Shown here: positions 18,220 to 28,029 of the stretch, piece by piece | Numbering within the stretch: the stretch's first letter is position 1 | Layout: each line of letters starts with the position of its first letter | Assembly (NCBI GenBank): GCA_017450465.1 | Contig: JAFSUW010000019.1 | Location: 1 to 32,000 of the forward strand | Direction: 5' to 3' | DNA from: Clostridia bacterium | GTDB taxonomy: Bacteria; Bacillota; Clostridia; TANB77; RGIG9151 | Length of the DNA stretch: 32,000 nucleotides | Position numbers and translations under genes: made by a program | The notes under the pieces: model-generated | Told to the model about the DNA's origin: nothing | The model's input: only the letters and a program-made list of their open reading frames with translations | Database searches by the model: none

Positions 18220-19869
18220 TTACAAATCAAAACAGCTACCACCAATAAATTCACGAATGATTGAATTTTGTGGTACATTTTCTGGATTTATGACTTCAAA
18301 ATATTGCAATAAATCAAGCATTCTTCTTGCATAAATATAGTACGGAGATGTTTCTTCTATCTTTTCAAGAAGTGGCTTTGCAAAACCTTTTAATACACCA
18401 ATCTCATAAATCATTGCCGAATTAAACATTGCATCCGCATCTTCTTGGAATGGGAATATATTTTTCTCTTCACCACGAACAACTGCATTCCAAAGTTCTA
18501 ACGTACGTTCTGGCGTATGCCCTCTAAATTGATAATCACGAACCATTCTTCTAAGCAGTCTTGCATCTGTAGTTCTTACCACATTATGGTCGTCTATATT
18601 TATCGATGTAAGCGAACTTACATAAATTTTGAACTTTTTATCTCTAGGTATCGATTCAGTTAATTTTTCATTTAATGCATGTATGCCTTCAAAAATTATT
18701 ACTTGATCAGGAAGAAGTTTTAACTTTCTACCTGTTGGCTCACGTTTGCCTTCAACAAAGTTAAACTTAGGCACCTCTATTTCTTCACCTGCTAAAAGTT
18801 TTTGTAAATGCTCATTAAATAATTCTAAATCTATAGCATAAAGACTTTCAAAATCGTGTTTACCGTCTTCTCCTATTGGCGTTCTATCACGATTTACAAA
18901 ATAATCGTCTAGTCCAATTATAGCTGGTTTAATTCCATTTACTAAAAGCTGTATAGCAATCCTATGTGAAGATGTTGTTTTACCAGAGGACGAAGGACCT
19001 GCGAGTAGAATAATTTTTTTATCTGGATTTTCTTTTATCTGGTCTGCAATACCAGCATATTTTTTCTCCTGAAGCGCTTCTGCTACTCTTATACAAACAT
19101 CAACATGGCCATCTTCAATAACTTTATTTAGCATACTAACGTTTTCAACGTTTAATATCCTATTCCAAGTTTTGAACTCCCTAAATATATTAAACAATTT
19201 CTTTTGATCAACATATGGTGGAAGCTCGTTGAAATTCCCACGTTTTGGATAACGTATTAAAAATCCGCCTTCATATAACCTTATCTCAAACATAGTAAGA
19301 TAGCTTGTATCTGGTAACATATATCCAAAGAAATAATTGTTAAAATTTCCACATGAATAAATTGTAACTATATCATTTTCATAAGCATCTAGAATGCCTA
19401 TTTTATCGGGCTGATCAAAAGTTTTATACATTTTTATAGCTTCTTCTTTAGGCACTTTACGCTTTATAAATGGCAATTTAGCTGCAACTAATTCACGCAT
19501 TCTGTCATCTATTAATGCTCTTAATTCTTCATTTATCATGTGTGAGCAATTCCTAAGTTCACAGTACACACCTTGATTTATAGAGTGGCTAACTACAACA
19601 TTAGATTCTGGATATAATTCCTCACAAACTTTTACAAAAAGGAATAATAGACTTCTTCTATATATTTTTTCGCCCTCTAAGTCTTTATACGTTATAAATC
19701 GTAGTTCAGAATCTCTTTTTATTTCATGAGTTAAACTTCTTTGAACATTATTTATCAATACTCCCATTATTGGCGATTCAGTTTCAAATTTGTGCAAATT
19801 CAAAAAATCACTTACTTTAATGTTGTCTTCCACTTCGAATTCCTTGCCATCCACCAATATTTTTACCAT
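18220..19869 (-). CDS. TGS / ThrRS-SAD-like N-terminal region fused to a uridine kinase / phosphoribulokinase-family P-loop kinase
   Basis: The N-terminus is a beta-grasp-like MVKILVDGKEFEV. The C-terminal half has Walker A LLAGPSSSGKTT and FEGIHALN, typical of Udk/PRK kinases. GGAG RBS. It lies 26 nt downstream of the ANL gene. Confidence 0.75.
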   Translation of the reverse strand: MVKILVDGKEFEVEDNIKVSDFLNLHKFETESPIMGVLINNVQRSLTHEIKRDSELRFITYKDLEGEKIYRRSLLFLFVKVCEELYPESNVVVSHSINQGVYCELRNCSHMINEELRALIDDRMRELVAAKLPFIKRKVPKEEAIKMYKTFDQPDKIGILDAYENDIVTIYSCGNFNNYFFGYMLPDTSYLTMFEIRLYEGGFLIRYPKRGNFNELPPYVDQKKLFNIFREFKTWNRILNVENVSMLNKVIEDGHVDVCIRVAEALQEKKYAGIADQIKENPDKKIILLAGPSSSGKTTSSHRIAIQLLVNGIKPAIIGLDDYFVNRDRTPIGEDGKHDFESLYAIDLELFNEHLQKLLAGEEIEVPKFNFVEGKREPTGRKLKLLPDQVIIFEGIHALNEKLTESIPRDKKFKIYVSSLTSINIDDHNVVRTTDARLLRRMVRDYQFRGHTPERTLELWNAVVRGEEKNIFPFQEDADAMFNSAMIYEIGVLKGFAKPLLEKIEETSPYYIYARRMLDLLQYFEVINPENVPQNSIIREFIGGSCFDL

Positions 19870-19895
19870 ACATATTCTCCTTTCAATTTTGCAAG

Positions 19896-21593
19896 TTAAA
19901 TAACACGTCTAATGTTTTTTATTGTATTACTATCAAATTCCTCATTTCTAAGTTCAAAATCTTTAATATGCTTATATGAAGGCAATTTTTTATTACATTT
20001 TTTAATTTCTTTTGCAATAATTTTACGAATGCCCTCTACATCAAACTTGCTTTTGCCCTTAAAATCTTCAATTGCTTCGAAATCTGGTACTATTATTGTA
20101 CAAACCTTTAGTTCTTCTTTAGGTCCCATTTTTTTGCAATATACTAAACATTGTTTAATAAAATCGCTAGATGTAACTTTATTTTCTATCTCTTCAGGGA
20201 AGATTTCGTTATCATTATGATTTATTATAATATTCCTCTTCTTGCCTACTAAATAGAAAAAGCCCTCTTTATCTTTTTTTGCTAAAATACCGGTTTTTAA
20301 GTATCCATCTTTATTAAACAGTGTTTCTTTGGATTCTTCATCGTTATAGTAACCCTCTGTTATTGTTTTACCTTTTATTAAAACTTCTCCTACCCCTTCA
20401 TCATTTGGCTCATTTACACTTACTTCTATTCCCGGTATTGGCATACCTATAGAATTGTTTTTATACCTTTTTACATGATTTATAAATGCAATATTTGAAG
20501 TTTCTTCGGTACCATACCCCTGAATTACAAAGAATCCTAAATTCTGTAATCCTTTTAATACCTTTGAATTTACCTTTGAATCAACAGAAATAAGTAAACG
20601 TATCCTTCCGCCATAATCTGCTAGTAACTTACTAAATTTCTTTCTCCTTATTTCTATGTCTTTTATACCCCAAAAATTACTAAAACGAATCTGTCTTTTC
20701 AATTTTTTATACTTTCTATTTTTTAGTGCAGTAATCCAAATATTTTTATATAGTGTTTCGTAAAACTCTGTATCTGCAATTATAACGCTTGGCTTTGCCT
20801 CTTTTATATTTTTTATTATATTTCCACTGCTAAATGTAATTGTTGCACCACAATATAGCATCATCAAGAAATCTGATATGTTTTCTTGCATCATGCTAAG
20901 TGGCATTACTGAAAGTGCCAAATCTGACTCACGTATATCAATAACCGATGTCATATATCTTATATTTGCACAAATATTTTCCTGTGAAATTAAAACTCCC
21001 TTAAGTTCATCAAAATCATTATATTTATATTGTATTATGTTTGCTTCACTTGGATCTATCCTTGCTGAAGAAAACTTTTGATCTCCTATTTTTAATAAAT
21101 CATTACCTTTTTTTATAATAGTCTTAAAAGGAATAACTATATCATCTTCTTGCATTGAATCCATGCTAATATAATACTTTAATTCCGGCAAAACATTTTT
21201 TAATGCAACAATTCTATCACGCGTATTTTCAGAAAAAACTACTGCTTTTGCATGAGATTTAAGTAATATTTCTTTGATTTCATCTATTGGCAAATTTTTA
21301 TCTACTGGTACTATTGTACCAACTCCGCATGTTGTACCAAGATATGTTAAGCACCATTCATATGAGTTATCTCCAATAATAGCTACCTGTTCATGCCATA
21401 ATCCCATATTTATAAATTCTGTGCCTACGGCTTCTATGTCTTTAATAAGTTCTTTATAAGTTATACCTGTTTTTTCTCCCATTACTCCATCTATTAAAAA
21501 TGCATTTTTATTACCATATATTGCTGTACTTTGGCTTATTAAATCTTTAAAATCTATTATTTCTCTTCTTGTATAGTAGGTTTGCGTCAACAA
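19896..21593 (-). CDS. ANL-superfamily (acyl-CoA synthetase-like) protein with degenerate adenylation motifs
   Basis: Overall long-chain acyl-CoA ligase architecture with GYGTEE retained. The P-loop position reads KYNDFDELKG instead of TSGTTGxPKG, and TGD reads TGI. TTG start at 21593 or 21590, after AGGAGGGG. Confidence 0.7.
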   Translation of the reverse strand: MLTQTYYTRREIIDFKDLISQSTAIYGNKNAFLIDGVMGEKTGITYKELIKDIEAVGTEFINMGLWHEQVAIIGDNSYEWCLTYLGTTCGVGTIVPVDKNLPIDEIKEILLKSHAKAVVFSENTRDRIVALKNVLPELKYYISMDSMQEDDIVIPFKTIIKKGNDLLKIGDQKFSSARIDPSEANIIQYKYNDFDELKGVLISQENICANIRYMTSVIDIRESDLALSVMPLSMMQENISDFLMMLYCGATITFSSGNIIKNIKEAKPSVIIADTEFYETLYKNIWITALKNRKYKKLKRQIRFSNFWGIKDIEIRRKKFSKLLADYGGRIRLLISVDSKVNSKVLKGLQNLGFFVIQGYGTEETSNIAFINHVKRYKNNSIGMPIPGIEVSVNEPNDEGVGEVLIKGKTITEGYYNDEESKETLFNKDGYLKTGILAKKDKEGFFYLVGKKRNIIINHNDNEIFPEEIENKVTSSDFIKQCLVYCKKMGPKEELKVCTIIVPDFEAIEDFKGKSKFDVEGIRKIIAKEIKKCNKKLPSYKHIKDFELRNEEFDSNTIKNIRRVI

Positions 21594-21769
21594 AATCCCC
21601 TCCTAAGTGCCACTTTTTTTAATGATATTTTTTATTTTTTCATTTTCCTTATCGGCTAATTAACAAAAAATATTTAATTTTTAAACTATATTTAATTTTA
21701 AAATTATATTTCCTTTTAATTACTTTTATGGTATTATATGTGTGCCTATGTGAGAAACGGAGAAAATTG

Positions 21770-22852
21770 ATGGAACTATTATATGTTTGGCTTACTTTAG
21801 TTTTTAACTACCGTTATCTAGATATTTATGAATTTTTATCTATGATTGATAAACCAATTGAATTATTAAATTTTTCAGCAAATAATTTTAAGGATTTTGA
21901 TATAAAAGAAACTTTGAAAAAACGCTTTTTGTCGTCTGAATTAAAAAATAAGGCGCACGAAATTTTAAAAAAATGTCAAAAAGAAGAAATAAAAATACTC
22001 ACCAAAGACGATAAGGATTATCCGTCTTCCCTAAAAACACTACCCTCAAAACCCTTAATAATTTTCTTAAAAGGGAATTTATGCGTTCAAGATGAATATT
22101 CTATTGCAATAGTTGGAGCAAGAAAATACACCGATTACGGAAGAATTGCCACGTCAAAAATCGCATCAGACCTTGCTTGTTCTAATATTACAATAGTTAG
22201 TGGCATGGCACGTGGCATTGACTCATTTGCACATACTGCCGCTCTTAACAACAATGGTAGAACTATTGCTATTTTGGGTTCAGGAGTAAATGTGGTTTAT
22301 CCCGCCGAAAATAAAAAACTATATGAAAATATAATAAACAATGGCGCTGTAATATCTGAATTTATGCCCGATACTACACCGCTACCGCCGTACTTTCCTA
22401 TGAGGAACCGCATTATTAGTGGAATAGCTCTTGGAACTTTAGTAATAGAAGCAGGAATTAACAGCGGTTCAATGATAACCGCCTCTTTTGCTGCTGAACA
22501 AGGAAAAAATATTTTTGCAGTTCCCGGCAATATATTTAGTCCGCAAAGCGAGGGTACAAATAACTTAATAAAAGATGGTGCAAAAATAGTAACTTCTTCT
22601 AAAGATATCTTAGAAGAAATATATGGTGAGCTATCTATAATAAAAAAAGATATTCCAAGCATCTGCCTTAGTGGTACTGAAAAAACAATTTTTGAAAATA
22701 TAACTTACGAACCAATAAATGTAGAAACTTTAAGTAAAAAACTTAATCTGCCTTTTAATGAAGTAAATTCTACATTAACACTACTTGAACTTAAGGGGTA
22801 TATTAATAACATTCCTGGGGGAAATTTTATTAGGGATGAAAAATATATTTGA
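21770..22852 (+). CDS. dprA: DNA processing protein DprA (Smf)
   Basis: Rossmann-like core with VSGMARGIDSFAH and VVEAG-type segments. dprA-topA synteny. GGAG RBS lies 7 nt before ATG 21770. Confidence 0.85.
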   Translation: MELLYVWLTLVFNYRYLDIYEFLSMIDKPIELLNFSANNFKDFDIKETLKKRFLSSELKNKAHEILKKCQKEEIKILTKDDKDYPSSLKTLPSKPLIIFLKGNLCVQDEYSIAIVGARKYTDYGRIATSKIASDLACSNITIVSGMARGIDSFAHTAALNNNGRTIAILGSGVNVVYPAENKKLYENIINNGAVISEFMPDTTPLPPYFPMRNRIISGIALGTLVIEAGINSGSMITASFAAEQGKNIFAVPGNIFSPQSEGTNNLIKDGAKIVTSSKDILEEIYGELSIIKKDIPSICLSGTEKTIFENITYEPINVETLSKKLNLPFNEVNSTLTLLELKGYINNIPGGNFIRDEKYI

Positions 22853-22932
22853 GCAAAAAAACTATTGAAATATTAATTTTAAACTGTTAGTATTGTAATG
22901 AAAATAAATGTTTTTTACAAATGGAGGTATAT

Positions 22933-25059
22933 ATGGCTAATAATTATCTTATTATAGTCGAATCACCTGCTAAATCTAAAACTATAAAAAAATTTTTAGG
23001 TAATAGCTATAAAATTGAAGCATCTATGGGACACATTCGTGATTTACCTAAAAGTCAGCTAGGTGTTGACATTGAAAATGATTTTGAACCAAAGTATATA
23101 AATATTCGTGGTAAAGCAGACCTTATTAAGAAACTCAAAAAAGCTGCTAAAGATGCAACTAAAGTTTATCTTGCAACCGACCCTGACCGCGAAGGAGAAG
23201 CTATTTCTTGGCATCTTGCCTATTTACTAGATATTGATCCAAAAAATTTATATCGTATTACTTTTAACGAAATTACTGAAAATGCGGTAAAAAAAGCTAT
23301 TGAAAACCCACGTGATATAGATATGAATCTTGTTGATGCGCAACAAGCACGTAGAGTTCTCGACAGAATCGTTGGTTATCAAATTAGTCCACTCTTGTGG
23401 AAGAATGTAAAAAAAGGTTTAAGTGCTGGTAGAGTGCAGTCTGTAGCGCTAAAACTTGTCGTTGACCGTGAAGAAGAAATTGAAAAATTTGTGCCACAAG
23501 AATATTGGACATTAACTGCTAATTTAAATAAGCAAAAAGATAGTCATACTTTTGAAGCCAAATTCTATGGCATAGATGGTAATAAAACTGAAATTACAAC
23601 TGAAAAACAAGCTAATGAGATAATAAATTCAATAAAATCTGCTAAGTTTTCAGTATCTGATGTAAAACAAGGTGAAAAGAAAAGAAATCCTTTACCACCT
23701 TTTACAACAAGTACTCTTCAACAAGATGCATCAAGAAAACTTGGCTTTGGAACATCAAAAACAATGATGATCGCTCAACAATTATATGAAGGCCTTGAAG
23801 TTAACGGGCATGGCACAGTTGGTCTTATAACATATATGAGAACTGACTCAACTCGTATTTCTGTTGAAGCACAAGAAGAAGAAAAGAAAATTATAATCAA
23901 AAAGTATGGTAATAATTTCTATCCAGAAATACCAAAAGTTTATGCTTCAAAGAAAAATGCACAAGATGCCCACGAAGCAATTCGTCCATCTTATATTTCT
24001 ATAACTCCTGATGAAGCAAAAGATTCTTTATCAAATGAGCAATATAAGTTATATAAATTAATTTGGGAAAGATTTATAGCAAGCCAGATGGAAAGTGCTG
24101 TTTACTCTACACTTTCTGTTGATATAACTGCTAATAATGCTTTATTTAAGGCAACTGGTTCAACATTAAAATTTGCTGGTTTCTTAACTTTATACACTGA
24201 TGTTGAGGAAAATAATGATACTAACAACATTCCTCTTCTTACAGTCGGTGAAACACTTAACTTAAAAAATCTTTCACCAGAGCAACATTTCACAGAGCCA
24301 CCTGCAAGATTCACTGAAGCAAATTTAGTAAAAGCATTAGAAGAAAACGGCATCGGACGTCCTAGTACGTATGCACCTACAATATCCACAATTATTACAC
24401 GTGGATATGTAGAACGTGAAAAGAAAGTATTATTCCCTACCGAACTTGGTAGAGTTGTAAATAATTTATTAAAAGAGCATTTTAGCAGTATCGTAAATGT
24501 TGCATTTACTGCTGAAATGGAAAATGATTTAGATAATATTGCTGAAGGCACTGCTAAATGGAAAACTGTAATAAAAGATTTTTATGGACCTTTTAGTAAA
24601 ACTTTAGCTGATGCAGAAGAAAAAATTGGAAAAGTTGAACTTACCTATGAAGTAAGTAACGTACCATGTGAAAAATGTGGTAGAATGATGGTCATAAAAC
24701 TCGGCAAGTATGGTAAATTCCTTGCTTGTCCTGGTTTCCCTGAATGTAGAAATGCAAAGCCAATCGTTGAAGAAGCAGGTGTTAATTGCCCTGTTTGTGG
24801 TGGTAAAGTGCTTATTAAGAAAACACGTCGTGGCAAAAAATATTTTGCATGTGAAAACAGTAGTACTTGTGGCTATATGATTTGGGAAACACCAACAACA
24901 GAAACTTGTCCAAAATGTGGCAACTTTATGTGCAAAAAAGGCAAAGATTTAGTTTGCGGAAATCCAAAGTGTAATCCTGATATATTGCAAACTACTAAAG
25001 ATAGCAAAAAAACTGCACGTAAAACAACTAGGAGAAAAACTACACGAAAGAAAAAATAA
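22933..25059 (+). CDS. topA: DNA topoisomerase I
   Basis: Toprim N-terminus LIIVESPAKSKTI, the active-site region, three C-terminal C4 zinc fingers and a basic tail. GGAGG RBS lies 5 nt before ATG 22933. Confidence 0.95.
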   Translation: MANNYLIIVESPAKSKTIKKFLGNSYKIEASMGHIRDLPKSQLGVDIENDFEPKYINIRGKADLIKKLKKAAKDATKVYLATDPDREGEAISWHLAYLLDIDPKNLYRITFNEITENAVKKAIENPRDIDMNLVDAQQARRVLDRIVGYQISPLLWKNVKKGLSAGRVQSVALKLVVDREEEIEKFVPQEYWTLTANLNKQKDSHTFEAKFYGIDGNKTEITTEKQANEIINSIKSAKFSVSDVKQGEKKRNPLPPFTTSTLQQDASRKLGFGTSKTMMIAQQLYEGLEVNGHGTVGLITYMRTDSTRISVEAQEEEKKIIIKKYGNNFYPEIPKVYASKKNAQDAHEAIRPSYISITPDEAKDSLSNEQYKLYKLIWERFIASQMESAVYSTLSVDITANNALFKATGSTLKFAGFLTLYTDVEENNDTNNIPLLTVGETLNLKNLSPEQHFTEPPARFTEANLVKALEENGIGRPSTYAPTISTIITRGYVEREKKVLFPTELGRVVNNLLKEHFSSIVNVAFTAEMENDLDNIAEGTAKWKTVIKDFYGPFSKTLADAEEKIGKVELTYEVSNVPCEKCGRMMVIKLGKYGKFLACPGFPECRNAKPIVEEAGVNCPVCGGKVLIKKTRRGKKYFACENSSTCGYMIWETPTTETCPKCGNFMCKKGKDLVCGNPKCNPDILQTTKDSKKTARKTTRRKTTRKKK

Positions 25060-25084
25060 AGGGTGATTGTTGTATCACCCTTTT
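25058..25084 (+). terminator. Rho-independent terminator of topA
   Basis: Stem gggtgat/atcaccc with a 6-nt loop, followed by TTTT. Confidence 0.8.
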
Positions 25085-25104
25085 AAAAAAAATTTAATTT
25101 TTCT

Positions 25105-25130
25105 TAACTTTTTTTTTCATTTACCGATAT
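25105..25130 (+). promoter_or_regulatory. Sigma-D (sigma-28/FliA)-type promoter of motAB
   Basis: TAAC (25105-25108), 15 nt, CCGATAT (25124-25130), compared with the consensus TAAA-N15-CCGATAT. It lies 46 nt upstream of the motA ATG. motAB is sigma-D dependent in B. subtilis. Confidence 0.55.
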
Positions 25131-25176
25131 ATATTTGTAATCATAGTTATAATATTGAAAGGAATGAGTTTTTATT

Positions 25177-25995
25177 ATGGATATAATGAGTGCAGGTGGT
25201 ATGATTTTCGCGATTGGTATGCTTATCTCTGCCTTCTTACTTGAAGGAGGTTCATTCGGTAAACTTTTGCAACCAACCGCTGCCATGATAGTTTTAGGTG
25301 GTACTATTGGTGCTACTCTTACTTCGTTTCCTCTTAAAGACATAAAGAAAATTGGTAAAGCATTAAAAACAGTTTTCTTCAATAAACCAATTGATCAACT
25401 TGGAATAATCGATAGACTTGCAGAACTTGGTGATAAAGCAAGACGTTCCGGTATACTTAGCTTGGAAGAAGAAATTCCAAAGCAAGATAATGAATTAATA
25501 AAAAAGGGTCTAGAGCTTATCATGAGTGGTCTTGATAAAGACCTAGTTGCAGAAACTCTAATGCGTCAATCTGAAATAGATGAAGCAGATCTTCATTCCT
25601 GTGCAGCCGTTTGGGAAGCTGCCGGCGGTTACTCTCCTACTATGGGTATCGTTGGTACAGTTATGGGCTTGGTTAGCGTTTTAGGTGGACTTGCTACAGC
25701 TGGTATGGAAAAACTCGGTGAATCAATCAGTGTTGCCTTCATCGCTACATTATATGGTATATTCTTTGCTAACATTTTCTACATACCTTGGGCAACAAAG
25801 ATAAAGACTTGTGCAAAAAAGCAAAAAGCTGCTGATGAACTTGTTATTGAAGGTATACTTTCTATACAAGCTGGTGAAAACCCTAAAGTTATGAAAGATA
25901 AATTAAGTTATGAATTAATCGCAAAACTTAGTGGCGTAAACTTAGAAGCAAAAGAAGCTGCTGCCAAAGCAGCAAAAGCTGCCGCTAAAGAATAG
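25177..25995 (+). CDS. motA: Flagellar stator protein MotA
   Basis: MotA/TolQ/ExbB channel topology with good collinearity to B. subtilis MotA (GGYSPTMGIVGTVMGL, SVAFIATLYGIFFAN). Confidence 0.9.
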   Translation: MDIMSAGGMIFAIGMLISAFLLEGGSFGKLLQPTAAMIVLGGTIGATLTSFPLKDIKKIGKALKTVFFNKPIDQLGIIDRLAELGDKARRSGILSLEEEIPKQDNELIKKGLELIMSGLDKDLVAETLMRQSEIDEADLHSCAAVWEAAGGYSPTMGIVGTVMGLVSVLGGLATAGMEKLGESISVAFIATLYGIFFANIFYIPWATKIKTCAKKQKAADELVIEGILSIQAGENPKVMKDKLSYELIAKLSGVNLEAKEAAAKAAKAAAKE

Positions 25996-26004
25996 GAGGC
26001 AAAT

Positions 26005-26766
26005 ATGGCAATTAAAAAGAAGCCACCAGAGGCAGAAAAAGAAAATGGCGAACGTTGGCTTGTATCATATGCAGACTTTATTACACTGCTTCTTGCTTTC
26101 TTTATAATGATGTATGCAACAGCTTCGGCTGATGCACAAGCAGCAGGTTCTAACGGTGCTGGTCAAGCCCAAGCCTTGGCTGCTCTTGCACAAGCTTTTG
26201 GCGGTGGAAAAACTATAATAGGAAATTATGATGGTTCTTCTATAATTGATGGACATACTGGCAAAGAAAAACTTTCTAATGGTGCTATTGAAGCAATGGC
26301 TCTTGAAGAAATTGAAAAAGAACTTGAAGAATATGGCGAGATGAGTGGTCTTGGCGATTCACTAGATGTTGTAATTGATGATTTTGGTATGCACATAAGA
26401 ATAAAAGATGCAGTTTTGTTTAGTAGTGGAAGCTTTTACATAAACAACGAAGCAAAACCTGTAATGTATAAAATCGGTGAAGCATTAAAAAAACTACCTA
26501 ATAATAAAATACAGGTAGATGGTCATACTGATAACATTCCTATAAATAATGGCCTTATTGCATCGAACTGGGAACTTGGTAGTCTTCGTGCTGTAAATGT
26601 TGCAAAAATTCTTATCGAAGAATGTGCACTAAATCCAAAAAACATTTCCGCTACGAGCTATGGTGAATTTCAACCAATTGCAAGTAACTTAACTGTTGAT
26701 GGAAGAGCACAAAATAGACGTGTAGAAATCACGCTACTGCGAAATTATGATATAACAGAAATTTAA
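26005..26766 (+). CDS. motB: Flagellar stator protein MotB
   Basis: N-terminal TM segment with the conserved Asp (WLVSYADFITLLLAFF) and a C-terminal OmpA-like domain (GHTDNIPI...NRRVEI). AGGAGG RBS. Confidence 0.9.
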   Translation: MAIKKKPPEAEKENGERWLVSYADFITLLLAFFIMMYATASADAQAAGSNGAGQAQALAALAQAFGGGKTIIGNYDGSSIIDGHTGKEKLSNGAIEAMALEEIEKELEEYGEMSGLGDSLDVVIDDFGMHIRIKDAVLFSSGSFYINNEAKPVMYKIGEALKKLPNNKIQVDGHTDNIPINNGLIASNWELGSLRAVNVAKILIEECALNPKNISATSYGEFQPIASNLTVDGRAQNRRVEITLLRNYDITEI

Positions 26767-26770
26767 TATA

Positions 26771-26807
26771 AAAATACGTCGATAAATCATCGACGTATTT
26801 TTTTTTA
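26771..26807. terminator. Bidirectional terminator between motB and the OB-fold gene
   Basis: Perfect 13-bp stem aaaatacgtcgat/atcgacgtatttt with a 5-nt loop, an A-run before it and a T-run after it. Confidence 0.8.
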
Positions 26808-27464
26808 TTCTTTTTCGGAATTTTCAGTACCTTCCTCTTCTTCTTTCACAATCTCTAGTTTTGATACCGATATTTCGTATGCTACTCTTTTTTCAGCAGT
26901 TCCATCTTCGAACTTCTTTTCATATTCCCTACTTTGAACTCTTCCGTAAACTTTTACTTTGTCACCTACATTAAAGGATTCACAGTATTTAGCATTTCTT
27001 CCCCAAGCGATACAAGGAATATAATCAGATTTGTTATATGCTCTATTAACTGCTATTAATAAATCACTTATTTCTCTTCCAAATGGTGTTTTCCTATAAT
27101 TTGGTTTCTTACATACAAAACCTTCTAGATATATTTCATTAGCATTTTCTATAGTCATTGAATCTGTAATTTCTATTTCTCTTGCAAAAACCATTAATAC
27201 TAATTTACTTTTTCCATCTGTTTGATTATTGTAAGACCTGTACTGACCAAGTATTTGTAAAGTTGTTTCTAACTTTATTTCATCTATTGGAACTAACCTT
27301 TCAGAAAAAATTACTGGGATTAAATCGACACTTTCGCTTAGTCTATTTACCTCAATAGTAAATTCATAAAATTTTTCTCCGTAAACTTCATGGCTAAATT
27401 CTGGTGTTTTTACTACCTTGCCAAAAAGTGTTACCTTATTGTTTTCTGTGAGCAAATTTGTCAA
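26805..27464 (-). CDS. SSB-family protein with two tandem OB folds and an acidic C-terminal tail
   Basis: Two repeats of an SSB-like pattern (NKVTLFGKVV...IEVNRLS...IPV and NEIYLEGFVCK...IAVNRAY...IPCIAWG), with the tail EEEEGTENSEKE. TTG start preceded by AGGAGAGG. Family assignment is by eye. Confidence 0.55.
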   Translation of the reverse strand: MTNLLTENNKVTLFGKVVKTPEFSHEVYGEKFYEFTIEVNRLSESVDLIPVIFSERLVPIDEIKLETTLQILGQYRSYNNQTDGKSKLVLMVFAREIEITDSMTIENANEIYLEGFVCKKPNYRKTPFGREISDLLIAVNRAYNKSDYIPCIAWGRNAKYCESFNVGDKVKVYGRVQSREYEKKFEDGTAEKRVAYEISVSKLEIVKEEEEGTENSEKE

Positions 27465-27506
27465 AAAAAACCTCTCCTCTCAAGTATCTTTCATATTTAT
27501 CTTCGA

Positions 27507-27528
27507 GAACAAACTTACTAATTTGTTC
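27507..27528. promoter_or_regulatory. Palindrome GAACAAA-N8-TTTGTTC in the predicted 5' UTR of the OB-fold gene
   Basis: Perfect 7-bp arms. It lies downstream of a possible minus-strand promoter, TTCCAT (27581-27576), 17 nt, TGcTAAAAT (27558-27553). Confidence 0.3.
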
Positions 27529-27700
27529 GTGAAAAATTTTATATACAAATATATTTTAGCACATAATTCTAAAAAATGGAAGGGGTAGTTGACATTTTTC
27601 TTAAAATTATGTCAATTTTTTACCAATTTTTGTTTTTGCAAAGTGAAATTTATTATGATAAAATAATTTTGTAAAAATTTATGTACAAGGAATGATACAA

Positions 27701-28021
27701 ATGAACATTAGTGTTAATCAAATTTATCAGCAAAAACTTGCTGAAATTCAGTCGCGTATACCAAATATAGAACAAAAAACATCAAATTTTTCTAATATTT
27801 TGCAAAAAGCGACAGAAAATACGGCTACTACTACAGAAGCACAAACGACAAATAGCAATAAAAGTGATGTAGATCCACTTGCTGTTTTAACAATGATGTC
27901 AAACACCTCAATGGCATCAGCCCTTATGGGTGGGGACAGCAGTAATAATTCCTTATCGAATAGCTTAAACACCATGCTTTTACTACAACAAAGCAATCTA
28001 TTAAATAATCAAAATGAATAA
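27701..28021 (+). CDS. Small S/N/T/Q-rich hypothetical protein (106 aa)
   Basis: AAGGA RBS lies 9 nt before ATG 27701, and a strong terminator follows. The sequence is low complexity, with no Cys, Trp, His or TM segment. No family recognised. Confidence 0.5.
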   Translation: MNISVNQIYQQKLAEIQSRIPNIEQKTSNFSNILQKATENTATTTEAQTTNSNKSDVDPLAVLTMMSNTSMASALMGGDSSNNSLSNSLNTMLLLQQSNLLNNQNE

Positions 28022-28029
28022 AGCAAATT

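Noticed and set aside
25104-25382. 92-aa minus-strand ORF overlapping the motA start
   Set aside because: It overlaps the sigma-D promoter and the conserved MotA N-terminus, and no RBS is present.
27507-27528. LexA (Cheo) box upstream of the SSB-like gene
   Set aside because: The Firmicutes LexA site is GAAC-N4-GTTC. Here the GAAC and GTTC tetramers are 14 nt apart, so this is not a canonical SOS box.
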